From the NCBI GenBank assembly GCA_030324005.1, contig JARDVH010000133.1, forward strand, positions 19,431,805 to 19,495,804: DNA of 64,000 nucleotides, given 5' to 3'. Of the stretch, positions 1 to 12,289 are shown in pieces (positions within the stretch are counted from its first letter, which is position 1; every line of letters starts with the position of its first letter). Source of the stretch: Negaprion brevirostris (taxonomy: Eukaryota). Under the pieces are notes generated by a model. That model searched no databases, had not been told where the DNA came from, and saw only the letters and a list, made by a program, of their open reading frames with translations. The translations under genes were made by a program, and so were the position numbers.

Positions 1-1164
1 CAGTGCTATGGCTGTGAAAGTCGATTTTGGCTGGCTAGTAGAAAGCATCACTGCAGGTACTATGCACAAAAAATTGCACAGATTTAGTTAAATGGGGTTC
101 TTTTGTCTAGTTTTGCCTTCAAGTGAAGTACTAGTTACCTCAAACTAATGTGACATGGCAAATATTGAGAAAATGACAACAACCTATTGAGGGGAAAAAA
201 AAGGCCATTGTATTTGACAATACTGGTTACTGAAAATTGTGCATTTATGGTCTTTATGACCAGCATGCAGATCATGGGGTGGATCCACATTATGATCTTA
301 GCAATATTTTTTTTGTTACTAGCTATAATTTTAAAAGGAACTGGCATTTTACACGACAAATGTATATTTCGGTAGCTTGCTGATTCTAAGTTTACCACTT
401 GATGCCAAGTGGCCTGAACTTGTTGCGCTGTAGAGAAATTAAAACTGTAATTGTACGTTTGGGAGATCACATTGCTGATCCTTCAACCATTTAATTCTCA
501 AAGATTCGTTCTCACCATCTGCATACAGATTTCCTTTGGATCTTTTTACTCGGCAGAATTATACAAGTAAAAGCTTTTCCCTATAATGTTTCTCAAACTG
601 AACATAATTTCCTTGGAGGGGTTCTGTATATCTCAAGGATTTGCAAGACATGATCAGCATGCATGTCGCCAGCAGCTACAAAACAGCCCACTCAAAGAAG
701 TTAGCACTAAAAAATCCAGAACTATTATAACCTTTCTTTATAAACCAGTGACTGATTTAAGAGGACTGTGGCCACGTCTTCCTTACTAGTTTTTTTTCAT
801 CCCACTACATGCTTGTACTATCCTGTTACACAAGCTTGAACAAGTGTCACTTCCACTTGTCCCTGAGAGTGTAGGCGGTTATTATTATGAATTAAATATT
901 TTGTTTTTAAATTGGAGCATTGTTTGATAACATGGTTTGTGATCTAGCCATCCTGCTATAAAATAGTTGAAATAGGTTTTGAAGTGGGTGGCATTGTGAA
1001 TCAGGCCTCCTTCAACAGTGAAGCAAGATGTATTGGGAAGCATTTTCCTTTCTGGATGATACATCTGCAGTAAGCTGCATTGCAGTGTAGCACATTGGTT
1101 CCGTTGCACTCCTGGCACTATACAGGAATGTTACAACACCGAGCCACATTAGGGGATAAATAGA

Positions 1165-1360
1165 GCTCGTTTGTATGTAGCACCTTTCAGAATATACAGC
1201 ATTTTGGAACAATCAGTGAAGTACTCTTGCAGCATAGTTTCTGTTCTCATGTGGAAAACGCAGCAGCCAGTATATAAACAAAGGAAGGTTCTAAAAACAG
1301 CAATATGATTGTCACATAGTCAAATTTTTTAGTGATGTTGATTAAGGGAGAATGCCATCT
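1165..1360 (-). mobile_element. Degenerate Deu-domain SINE (SacSINE1/AmnSINE-like) fragment
   Basis: Shares the aaacgcagcagcca...aaacagcaat...gtgatgttgattaaggga block with the better copy at 31270-31790. Confidence 0.5.
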
Positions 1361-1942
1361 TTTGAGAGGACAAGTGACAAAAAGATTGATCTTTCAGGGG
1401 GAGAGGTGGAGAGATTTAGGAAGAGAATTCCAGAGCTTAAGACCCAGACAGTGATGGCACAGCCACCAATGTTGGACTGGGGAAATCTGCAGTGTACAAG
1501 AGGCTAAAATTGAGGGAACACAAGCTCTTGGGTTGTATGGCTAAAGAATGTTACAGAGAAAAGGCATAAAAATGAAAACATTTTATTCACCCATCACCCT
1601 TGTCTTTGCTGACCTACACTAGCTCCTGGTTCAGCAAAGCTTCAAATTTTAAAATGTTCTCATCTTGGTTTTCAGATCCCTCCATGGCTTCACCTTCTCT
1701 CTATCTTTTTTATTTGTTAATAAGATGTGGGCATTGCAGGCTAGGCCAGCATTTTTGCTCATCTCAAAAACCTCTGACATCCTAATGATTTTTCCATTAA
1801 ACTGATACCTGTCTCAGTCTGACTTTTTTGAGCTCCCCTGAACTTCATTTCCTTTCTCCCTGCCTTTGGACCCCTTAAAGCCTGGATTTCAATCATGCCT
1901 TTGGTCACCTGATTCCACCCTTTTGCACCGTGCCCAAGTATT

Positions 1943-2664
1943 AGAACGTAGAACAGTACAGGCCCTTGGCCCTCGTTGTGCCAAGCTATATCCAAACCCA
2001 AGATCAAGCTATCCCACTCCCTATCATTCTGCTGTGCTCCATGTGCCTATCCAATAACTGCTTGAAAGTTCCTAAAGTGTCCAACTCCACTATCACAGCA
2101 AGCAGTGCATCCACTCTCTGAGTAAAGAGCCTACTTCGGACATCCATCCTGTACCTCCCACCATGAACTTTTTATAGTTATGCCCCCTAGTAACAGCTAC
2201 ATCCACCCGAGGAAATAGTATCTGAACATCCATTTTATCTATCCCCCTCATCATCTTATAAACTTCTATTAAGTTGCCTCTCCTCCTCCTCCTCTGCTGT
2301 AAAGAGAAAAGCTCCAGCTCCCTCAACCTTTCCTCATAAGACCTACCCTTCAAACCCGGCGGCATCCTGGTAAATCTCCTCTGCACTCTCTCCAATGCTT
2401 CNNNNNNNNNNGCCAAGGTCCTGTATAGTTGCAGCATAACCCCACAACTCTTAAACTCAAACCCCTTGTTAATAAACACTGACACACTATAAGCCTTCTT
2501 CACAGCTCTATCCACTTAAATGGCAACCTTCTGAGATCTGTGGATATGAACCCCAAGATTTCTCTATTCCTCCATATTCCTCAGAACCCTGCCATTGACC
2601 CTGTAATCCACATTGAAGTTCATCTTACCAAAATGAATCACCTTGCACTTATCAGGGTTAAACT
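1943..2664 (-). mobile_element. CR1-type LINE 3' end (runs into a gap)
   Basis: Minus ORF contains LQLYRTL...EALERVQRRFTRM.PGL...YEERLRELELFSL...GNLIEVYKMMRG...TRGH, the typical CR1 ORF2 C-terminus, followed by a tail repeat. Confidence 0.9.
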
Positions 2665-3522
2665 NNNNNNNNNNNNNNNNNNNNNNNNNNNNNNNNNNNN
2701 NNNNNNNNNNNNNNNNNNNNNNNNNNNNNNNNNNNNNNNNNNNNNNNNNNNNNNNNNNNNNNNNNNNNNNNNNNNNNNNNNNNNNNNNNNNNNNNNNNNN
2801 NNNNNNNNNNNNNNNNNNNNNNNNNNNNNNNNNNNNNNNNNNNNNNNNNNNNNNNNNNNNNNNNNNNNNNNNNNNNNNNNNNNNNNNNNNNNNNNNNNNN
2901 NNNNNNNNNNNNNNNNNNNNNNNNNNNNNNNNNNNNNNNNNNNNNNNNNNNNNNNNNNNNNNNNNNNNNNNNNNNNNNNNNNNNNNNNNNNNNNNNNNNN
3001 NNNNNNNNNNNNNNNNNNNNNNNNNNNNNNNNNNNNNNNNNNNNNNNNNNNNNNNNNNNNNNNNNNNNNNNNNNNNNNNNNNNNNNNNNNNNNNNNNNNN
3101 NNNNNNNNNNNNNNNNNNNNNNNNNNNNNNNNNNNNNNNNNNNNNNNNNNNNNNNNNNNNNNNNNNNNNNNNNNNNNNNNNNNNNNNNNNNNNNNNNNNN
3201 NNNNNNNNNNNNNNNNNNNNNNNNNNNNNNNNNNNNNNNNNNNNNNNNNNNNNNNNNNNNNNNNNNNNNNNNNNNNNNNNNNNNNNNNNNNNNNNNNNNN
3301 NNNNNNNNNNNNNNNNNNNNNNNNNNNAGAATTAATACTACATAGAGTTAGCCTCCTCTTGATATTATTGGCAAAGTAATTTAGTTATTTCTAATATGCT
3401 TCTTTCATTGTAAAGTAGCAGCATATCGTTTTTCATTTGTTTGTATTCCCTCGCTGTTACCCTGCTGATTTGCACCTTTTCCTTAGTTAGTTTCCCTCTG
3501 AGCTGTTTTTTCCGTCTTGCAG

Positions 3523-3549
3523 GGACAGGGAGCCTGTTGATGACACATG
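3523..3549 (+). CDS. MTMR3: MTMR3 27-nt cassette microexon inside the FYVE domain, encoding (R)DREPVDDT(W)
   Basis: Long pyrimidine tract, ttgcag|GGACAGGGAGCCTGTTGATGACACATG|gtgagc. 27 nt, phase 2-2, matching the phase of the last exon. Resembles the 9-aa insert I recall in a human MTMR3 isoform (approx. DTDRVDQTW). Confidence 0.8.
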
Positions 3550-5619
3550 GTGAGCATTTTCAACAGTCTTCTCTGTCTCTTGTTTGTCTTCATTTCCTGG
3601 TGATGTTGAATTAACATTTACTTGTGTCCTATTAGCTGAACATCCCAAGCAATTTGAAACCATGCTTAATTAAATTCAGATTAATTTAGAAATTCAGAAA
3701 AGAATGGCAAACAATTTAGGTATTTTCCAGGCACTCCTGAACCATCTCCCCATTTTAAAATTATGCAGCTTGCTAAGCAAGAAAAAGTGAGATACCTGGA
3801 TTTAACATTCTTCTCCACTACACACATTAAATTACATTAAATAAATGAAGCCTTTTGAATATTTTTCTGCTTGATCACAACCCACACATAATATTTTGAC
3901 ATTTCATCATTATGCTTCAAATCAGCTTGATAACCAAGGTCATACCAATTAGGGACACTCCTACGTGGTAATGTTATTATTCAACCTTAGTACATCCATA
4001 CATAATCTGAACTTCTGTTTATTTTTTTACTGTGCAATCTTCTTACACTTTCCCCAGTCTTGTGACCTAATTAAAAGGCTATAGCATCCTGGTTATCAGC
4101 AGGAAAGATATCTTTTATCTGCCTTTATCTTCACAACTGGCTTTGAAAAGTTGTTTCAACTTTCTGTATATTAGGCTGATGAATATTGGTGTACTGCATG
4201 TTAACCTTCAAAATAGATCTTTTATTTTTAATTGTTGGTTGCAATATCGTGCGCTTCCCTTTTTATTCCATGAAGTAATCAAATAACTGATGTGTGATAA
4301 TTACCAACAGTTGCAGTGTGTGAAGTGTGTTTATCAACTGATTCATTAATTGAATTTGCATGTTTGACCACCCAATACTTTGTGTAATGAAACTTGAGAC
4401 CTAATTTTGCCAATGAATTGCAAAACAGGTCAGCTTTTTTGTACATTTTCTAAATAAAAATGGTCTAAGTGGCTCATCTAACCTAAAGGATGTGAGGTTT
4501 ATAAAATGGTTTAAATTGAAAAGCTCTTCAAAAATGATTACATTTTACCAAATTATACTTTCCAAGTTCAATTTTCTTTGTCACCTCTCCACCCCCAATT
4601 TGGAAACTTTTGGATGCCACTTCTTTTCCACCCCTGGGAGAGATCTCATTTGATATACAGCGCTCTGTTGAAATTATAAGATGCTATCTCATGTTAGACC
4701 ATTTTAGCCATTGATTATGAAATACTTGTGAAAGGCCTCTGTTTGTAATCCACAAAAATTCATATTTCCAACATTCATGAGTACATTTAGACTTTGCCTT
4801 CTGCAAGTCAACTCATTGATTTCATTGTAACAGGACTATGAGGAAGAGGGTGGGGCAGTGGATAGCTAAATTTCTGCCACAGTCTCGATGAATCGAATGG
4901 GTGCACTCCATGCTGTAGCCATTATATGATTCTCTTGATTGAGCACCAGTTCAATAACCAGTGCAAAGTTTTTTATATAAACAGCCTCCTTCAGGAAGTA
5001 AAATGAATGTCATGTGTGAGCTTTAGAGAAAGGTAATCTGATACNNNNNNNNNNNNNNNNNNNNNNNNNNNNNNNNNNNNNNNNNNNNNNNNNNNNNNNN
5101 NNNNNNNNNNNNNNNNNNNNNNNNNNNNNNNNNNNNNNNNNNNNACCAAAAGAAAAGCAACCTGATAATATAAATTAATGCATAGCCCTCTACCCTGAGA
5201 ACTTGTAACAGAAACAGAAAAGTAGGAGTTCTGCATCGAAATAATGCCCTCCCTATTTGGAATTAGCTATTTTAAATTATTAAAATAGGATAAGTTTAAA
5301 ATTTTGGGTTTTGAATTTTTGCTAAGAGGAGCAGCTTTACTAATGTTGCAGAATCATCAGAAGGGAAATACTTAAACTTGGGCTTTATGCACTTTTACTG
5401 AAATGACTCTTGGAAGTTTGAAAGAGGGTTACCATTTTATTCAAGGAAGTATTTGTATTAACTTTTCTTCAAAACAATTGGTAATTATTGCTCAAAAGCT
5501 AAATACTTTACTTTTAGGAGCTGAATTTGATTAATATTCCCTTATATTTTTGACAAAACTTTATATAAAAAGATGAAATACAACCTTAATTAACAAACTG
5601 CCTATTTGTTCCTTCAAAG

Positions 5620-5791
5620 GAATTGTGGGAATGTGTTTTGCTCAAGTTGTTGCAATCAGAAGATTCCAGTGCCGAGTCAGCAGCTTTTTGAGCCTAGCCG
5701 TGTCTGTAAATCCTGCTACAGCAGCCTTCAGCCAAACGGGTCCACGCTGGAGATAGAACTGGACAAACCCATTGCAGCTACTTCAAACTAA
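5620..5791 (+). CDS. MTMR3: MTMR3 last coding exon (C-terminal half of the FYVE zinc finger)
   Basis: ttccttcaaag|G AAT TGT GGG... gives NCGNVFCSSCCNQKIPVPSQQLFEPSRVCKSCYSSL...ELDKPIAATSN*, nearly identical to the vertebrate MTMR3 C-terminus. Confidence 0.95.
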
Positions 5792-8700
5792 AGGCAATGC
5801 CTTTCCTCCCACAAACACGCACATTTATGGGATGGTATACAAGAAGCCAAGCACTTTGGTTACTGTGCACTTGAGATAGGACTGAATGCACAGTGTTGCT
5901 TGGAAGTTCTAACAGGATGTGGTGGATGGAGACATATTTGGATAAAATAACCTAAAGCTATTTGGAAGTTTATTTTATGGTGGCTTGTGGTGATTGGGCA
6001 GTGCAGTATATTACTGTATTAACCAAAGGCCTTAGACTTGCAGAAGTGGTAAACAAATTTTGTTGGGCAATTGCATCAGCACACTACTCCCTCTACAGGT
6101 TTAATTGAATATGTAACATCTTAAAATAGATCAGTGTTAATTATGTTCCTTTTATTTACAAAACAAATTGAATTTTGGCATGTACAGAAAGTATTATAAA
6201 TGCCCTATGGTTACAGCAAAATGAATTTACAGTGAACTGATGGGCACTGAAGGAATGAGAGATTTTAAGCTTTGTTTACACAATGTAGTGTAAGCTCAAA
6301 CATTTTCCTGTACTATTTGAAACAGGATTTCCTTTGAGCTTGGTGAATTACCTTTTTCTGCTGTGATTCTGAAATGCGAATGAAGGTTAGAGGAGGTCAA
6401 GAAACAAGAAGTTCTAGATAGGTGCCATTGGTTATGATACGGGTTTCTGGGATTGTGTTTTAAATGCATATTTTGACATCTACTTGTCATTTCATTTTTT
6501 TCATGCAAGCACTTTTTTATTTTTCTCTTTGTATATAAAGAGGTCAAGATGCTGTTGCTAGCTATATATCACTCTTTCCTAAAAGACATTAAGTGCTCCT
6601 TGCCCCACCATGAATAGAGATGTTTTTCCAATATTGTTTTAAAAAGCAGCAAGTGCTGTAGGCGTTTTTCAAAGATGTAAAGAAAATTAAAAGTTTAGCA
6701 TTTGTATGAAGCTTATGCTAACTCTTACCAATTTTGTTACTTTGTTATTAATAGATGAGCTGTTTAATTATATATATATATATATATATTAAAAAATGTG
6801 GGCCAGTTGGATATACAGGTAAAAACACCAAGTGCTTTTTCCCCACTTGACTTTGAAAATTAACCTCATGGTTGGATCATTAAGAATGATGAGCTGTCAG
6901 GTAATCATTTAGTGCATTTTATGCAAACTCTTTCCTTGTCCCCCTCTCTCTTGTGTAATTCTCCAATGGTAGAACAATCATTGCAGCACAATTTGGATTG
7001 CAAGGTATCTTTGTATCAGCCACATGTTCCCCACCATCAAGAAGCGTGAAAGATCCATTTAGGGACAACAGCAACTGATGTTTGTAACAAACAGGAAACA
7101 ACAGTTCCAACTGTGTTCATGCAAATTGCAGCTAGGTATTTTACCAGTGCTGTGCTTTTGATTTATCCTGGAATCATTTGTACATTATTTTAAAAAAGCG
7201 ACTAAAAGTTCCATACTGTAAGCCTGCCACAACACAGTAGGACCTCCTCATAACATGACTAATTACACAGAATTCATATTAAAACTGGTTCAGTGATGAT
7301 ACGAGAGACTGCACTTTATCAGTACATTAATTGCTTTGTTAATATAATGCCATCTTTACTTGCAATCTGTAGTTTTTCCATGTCGGACTTGAAATTAAGA
7401 ATCCACCTCATCCTGGTGCTCGATTTCACACAAATTGAATGTGTTGACTACACAAAGTAACATCCGTTGGGGTTTAGAACTGAAGTTAAAATGCTGCTAA
7501 AACTTATTTTGAACAGTCTGATCTGTTTTTTTTTGTCCTCTCATCCTTTGTTTAAAGTGACTGTTATCCTTCAGCGGTAATGGTAGATACTTCTGATTGT
7601 ACACTCAAGTGGAATTTGTAAAGTAGCACTTAAAGCCAGACTTTAATTGCTTTAAGAAATGATGCCACAAAGCTGGGTGTGGAAAATGTAGTGCTTACCT
7701 GTTTGTAAGCTTTCATGGCATATACTCTTCTGTAGCCTCAGAATGATTTATTTAAATCTAAATAAATTTGTCATTTTCATATATGGTGTTTTATCGCAAA
7801 TTTGAAGAGTCTGATTTTTTTTTAATGTTGCTTTATTTTATGGCGTGAAGAAGATTGTCGCTTGCCTTTTTAGATTTGATTCTCTGCTTTGAATTAACAG
7901 TTTTAGTAATATGTCTGGATACAACGGGAGACTGTTGGCTGTTTCAATTTCATAATGGTTATGCACTTTGAGGGATGAAGATTCTTTATATTACCCACCA
8001 ATCAGTTCTCCCTATTACAAAACAGGATGAGCAATTTATTGAATTTGGCAACCTGCACAGATATTTACTTCATAAAATTTTTACCAGTTTATCCAGTAAA
8101 GGGAGGGCACAGAAACAATTTAATTCATGAATATACAAGAAACACTAATTTGGAAACTGCTTTTCATCTTGAATAGCATAATAGTGACAATGTGCCTGCA
8201 CAGTTTATAGTGAGTGACCCTTTGAACATTTAAGGAGCTACAAGTTTTCTTCCAGTTGGAAATTTTAGTCACATTGCTAGTTATTCTGTAAGTTATTATA
8301 ATGGTTTGCAATTATCATAATTCAGTCATCTTAAAGATTTTCTACTCTTCGATGTGTGGCCAGATTTACCCCTTCTGATCCCTCAGTCAAATGCATTGTG
8401 TGGTTAAGAACAGGCAATCTGCTGCTACTCTGCTCTTCAAAACAGCTCATGAAAAGTTCACATCTAGTCTCAGAAAAATCTTGGCTACTGTAGTCAGAGT
8501 ACTTGGTCCACATGAGCCAACTTTTTAAAGCTTTATCTTATTTTAAGGATTGGCTATCAGAATGATATAAAAGATGCTTGCAGCTTGATTATATGACCAT
8601 CAGTCCTGCAGTGTTGCCATCCACAATCTCAATGCCTTTTGTGACATATCTAGCAATATTTTATTTCATTTATCAGCAATGTTACTGCAGGATTTTTGCC

Positions 8701-9015
8701 TTAACAACACACATCTCATTTATTTATTGGGAATAAACAACGTGGACTTCGAAGTAACCTCTTATTATATGAATGCAACAAATTTCACTTTCTGTTAATG
8801 TGTGCTGATGCCCATACCAAGGGATTTTAAACATCTGTTGGTCATACCAAGTCCCTTGATACCACTGCACATTAAGGACTCCAAACCATGTTAATCAATT
8901 TGAATAAAGATTTGGAGAGAGCAGGTTAATGATGCTTTTGTGGGATTGCTGTGGTTTCCAGATACTATACCCAACAATGGGCATTTTGAATAAAGATAAT
9001 CTTCCATTGCAAATT
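5792..9015 (+). other. MTMR3: MTMR3 3'UTR (approx. 3.2 kb)
   Basis: AT-rich stretch with no recognisable transposons after the stop. AATAAA at 7761, 8732, 8903 and 8989; the last is followed by U/GU-rich sequence. The end point is inferred. Confidence 0.6.
6768..6788. repeat. (TA)n microsatellite in the MTMR3 3'UTR
   Basis: Direct run of about 10 TA units. Confidence 0.85.
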
Positions 9016-9704
9016 TTGTGATTTTTTTTAAATGCTAGCGAGCGTGGGACCTTTTATAATAAGAAACACAGTTAACATTTCTGATCAGTGCCTTTTCAGC
9101 TGGTTAAACTCTACCAGGGCTTGTTCAATTTATGGAGGCATGTGACTTTACAGGCAGTGTGCACTTCATGTTGGGCAAACAAACTACTTTGTGTGGATTT
9201 ATCAGTAGTTTGATTGAAGACTCTAATACATGGCGGTGGGTTTGTGCTCATGACAGACATCAAGTTGATCAAAGACAACTTCAATGAGAAATTGAGTTAT
9301 TATGAAATATTATTGATTTTAATTCCAATATACTTTTGTCAACTAAAAATGAGATATTGCTAAAATTTATTGAAAGAACCAAGGTAATTGAATATTTAGC
9401 AAATAGGATTGATTGGATACAGTAACTTACCAATATATTTAATAGGATTTACTCAGTTTTCTGTCTTCCAGGTCAGTACTTCTAAACTTTTTTTTACATA
9501 AAATGTTGGACCCATTTCTAAGCACAAGATAGGTTTGCTTCAATTTTATGCATGTCACAGAAAAATAGTATATAATAGCTTTGGTGCATTGAAATACATC
9601 GACCAAATAGTTCCCTAAAAACCAGCAAGCTTTTCTGCTCCTTTCTTGACTGCTTGTCCTCCAACACTTTGATCAAGTGCAAGGACTTCCCATTCTGCCT
9701 TTTT

Positions 9705-9985
9705 TAAATTAATTTGTGGGACATGGGCATTGCTGGCTGGCCAACGTTTATTACCCATTCCTTGTTGAGAGTCACATGTAGGCCAGACCAGGTAAGGATG
9801 GCATATTTTCTTCCCTAAAGGATGTTGGTGAACCCTGGTAATCAGAAGGCTCTTAATTCCAGTTATTTTTTATTGAACTCAAATTGCGCTATTTGCCGTG
9901 GTGGGATTCAAACCCAGGTCCCCAGAATATTAGCTGAGTTTCTAGATTAATAGTCTAGTGATAATGCCATTAGGCCATTGCCTCC
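9705..9985 (-). mobile_element. tRNA-derived SINE
   Basis: B-box-like gggattcaaacccagg; body shared with copies at 10835-11218 and 12885-13147. Confidence 0.65.
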
Positions 9986-10834
9986 TTTTGCTTCCAATGC
10001 ATCTACCCTAATCCCAGTAATTGGGAGTCTTGCTTGTAGACATCCTTGTATTACAGACAAGGGTGACCTGTTAGTCGTGTGTCAGTAGTACAACTTGTCA
10101 TAGAGGATATCTTTGGGGATGCACCTGCCATTCATTTGGCTTGTGTGACCCTGCCAATGGCATTGCCACTGTCTCAGTAAGGCAGACTTCAGTGGGGTTC
10201 CTGCCTCCTAGTGTACTTATTTGGCAATAATCCTAAACAATTTAATAGAATGAATGATACATTTATACAGTGCCTCTGTATATTGACCATTGCGAGCTAA
10301 TAGCTTTGACTATTGGATTCTGAGATTTAAACAGCTGAGTTTTTCTGTGAACCTTAATGGGATTTCAATATTTGTCAATTATATTCAATTATGTACAAGA
10401 CTGACCAAATCAAACAGGCATTTTGACTCGAGCCATTTTCACCCAGCCAAACAAGCAAACCTGATTACATTTTTTTAATTTGTTGTTGGGATCTGAGCAA
10501 TGAAGAGAAGAATTTTTTTGCCATAAGTCCACAATTAATTGCAGTAGTTTTCTTTGGTTCTGTGCGATTATTTTTCTCTCTGCAGTTCTTCTATTCTGTC
10601 ATGTTTGGGACTAGTATGGGCAGTGAATGGATAGGCTCCAGATCTTGTTGGATGACACTCTCAAATTGAGCTCAGTGACTTAAATGTATGGTGCCCTTTA
10701 GAATAGGACAGACTAAGAAGTGGGAATGGGGGGTGCAGGGGTGGGGGATGAGTACTCCCAGATACAAATAAAGTTTCGGCTAGGTACACTTTTAAAAAGG
10801 ATGAAAGTTGCACTTGGATTTTTAATTCACTGGT

Positions 10835-11218
10835 GGGACATAGGTGGTACTGGCTAGCCAGCATTTATTGCCCTTGAAAACAGGGTGGTAAACTATCATC
10901 TTGAAATGCTACTACAACTGAATAGCTTGCTAGGCTATTTCAGAGGGCATTTGAGTCAACCACCTTGCTGTGGCTCCATAGTCACATGTAGTCTCAGCAA
11001 ATTTCTTTCCCTAAAGGATATTAGTGAACCAGATAGTTTTTTTTTTGAAAAGTCAACAATGATTTCATGGTCATTAGTAAATTCTTAATTTGATATTTTT
11101 TAACTGACTTCAAATTCCATCATTGGCTCTGGTGGGATTCAAACCCAGCTCACCAGCCCATTAGCTAAATTTTTGGATTAATAGTCTAGTCATAATACCA
11201 TTAGGCTGTCACCTCTCC
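10835..11218 (-). mobile_element. tRNA-derived SINE (same family as 9705-9985)
   Basis: Shared blocks ttccctaaaggat..gtgaacc, gtgggattcaaaccca and gattaatagtctagt. Confidence 0.65.
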
Positions 11219-11332
11219 TATTGCTCAGATACTGCAGAAGCTGGAAATATGGAACACTGAAAATATTGGAAATACTCAGCAAGTCAAACTGTGTACTAGA
11301 TGAGGATTTGCCTGGACTTTCCACCACGTTCT

Positions 11333-11595
11333 GGCATGGTGGTACAGTGCATAGCACTACTGCCTCACTGTACCGTGGACCTGGGTTTGATTCTCGGAAT
11401 GGATTTGAATGGAAAAATGGGAATTTTAACACTGAGGGACCAGTAACCAGTGTCCAAAAGATAGGTTGGTTAGATGATTAGGTATTAGAGTAAATGCCCT
11501 TTATGTACCCGACCAGGAGCCGGAGTGTGGTGACTGGGTGATTTTCAGAGTAACTTCCATTGCAGTGTCAATGTCAGCCTACTTACAACACTAAG
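11333..11595 (+). mobile_element. Internally deleted HE1/V-SINE-like element
   Basis: tRNA head ggcatggtggtacagtg..agcactactgcctcac..gggtttgattc and tail gtaacttccattgcagtgtcaatgtcagcctactt. Confidence 0.6.
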
Positions 11596-11629
11596 CTTCT
11601 TTAAACGTCCCATTGTTGATGTAACTTTG

Positions 11630-11800
11630 CCAGTTGGAGCATGCGCAGATAACTAACAGGTCCCTGAGTGACGATTGGCTGAGCGTTTCCGACGTTTCTC
11701 CTCTTAATTGGCTAAAGCTTTGATTAACATAGGTATGGTCCAATGAGCGATTAGAAATACCCGCCAGCTGACAAATGAGCGGTGAGGGGGGCGGGACAAG
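11630..11800 (+). promoter_or_regulatory. FICD: FICD proximal promoter (start of a CpG-rich region)
   Basis: NRF1-like GCATGCGCA (11639), three CCAAT/ATTGG boxes (~11674, ~11708, ~11740) and a GC box GGGGCGGG (~11788), directly upstream of the GC-rich coding exon. Confidence 0.65.
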
Positions 11801-11856
11801 CTGGCGATGACTCGAGGCGGCGGCGGGTGAGCGGCCGCCCAGCAGCAGTGCTGGCG

Positions 11857-12008
11857 ATGGGCCCGAGCGGAAAGCGGGTGTCAGTGGCGGCGGCGGCGGC
11901 CGCCGCCGTGTTGCTCGGCTCGCTGACCGCGCTGCTTCTGCCGCAGCTCCGGGGCGGCCTGTGGTCGCTGCGATGCCGTCTCCTGGAGGTGAGCCTGGGT
12001 GAGGATCC
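11857..12008 (+). CDS. FICD: FICD first coding exon (cytosolic tail, transmembrane helix, start of lumenal linker); 3' boundary uncertain
   Basis: Kozak GCGATGG; MGPSGKRVSVAAAAAAAVLLGSLTALLLPQLRGGLWSLRCRL resembles the FICD VLGSLLALLLP...LKGLYLLR segment. The donor is either at 11999 or inside gap 12009-12182. Confidence 0.75.
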
Positions 12009-12289
12009 NNNNNNNNNNNNNNNNNNNNNNNNNNNNNNNNNNNNNNNNNNNNNNNNNNNNNNNNNNNNNNNNNNNNNNNNNNNNNNNNNNNNNNNNNNNN
12101 NNNNNNNNNNNNNNNNNNNNNNNNNNNNNNNNNNNNNNNNNNNNNNNNNNNNNNNNNNNNNNNNNNNNNNNNNNNNNNNNNNGCGGGAAGGAGCCACAGG
12201 CAGACCCCCATGAAGTAGTTGCTGTCCCCTGGTCTCTGCCTGGACACTTACTGCCCTTGGACACTCGGTGCTGAGTTCCCTCAACAACT

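Noticed and set aside
2540-3379. Long ORFs in the track (also 38937-40022, 53937-54626, 56486-57195)
   Set aside because: They are long only because they run through N-gaps; the real parts are transposon remnants.
11660-11750. Possible ERSE/UPRE in the FICD promoter
   Set aside because: CCAAT boxes are present, but there is no CCAAT-N9-CCACG, ATTGG-N-CCACG or TGACGTGG match.
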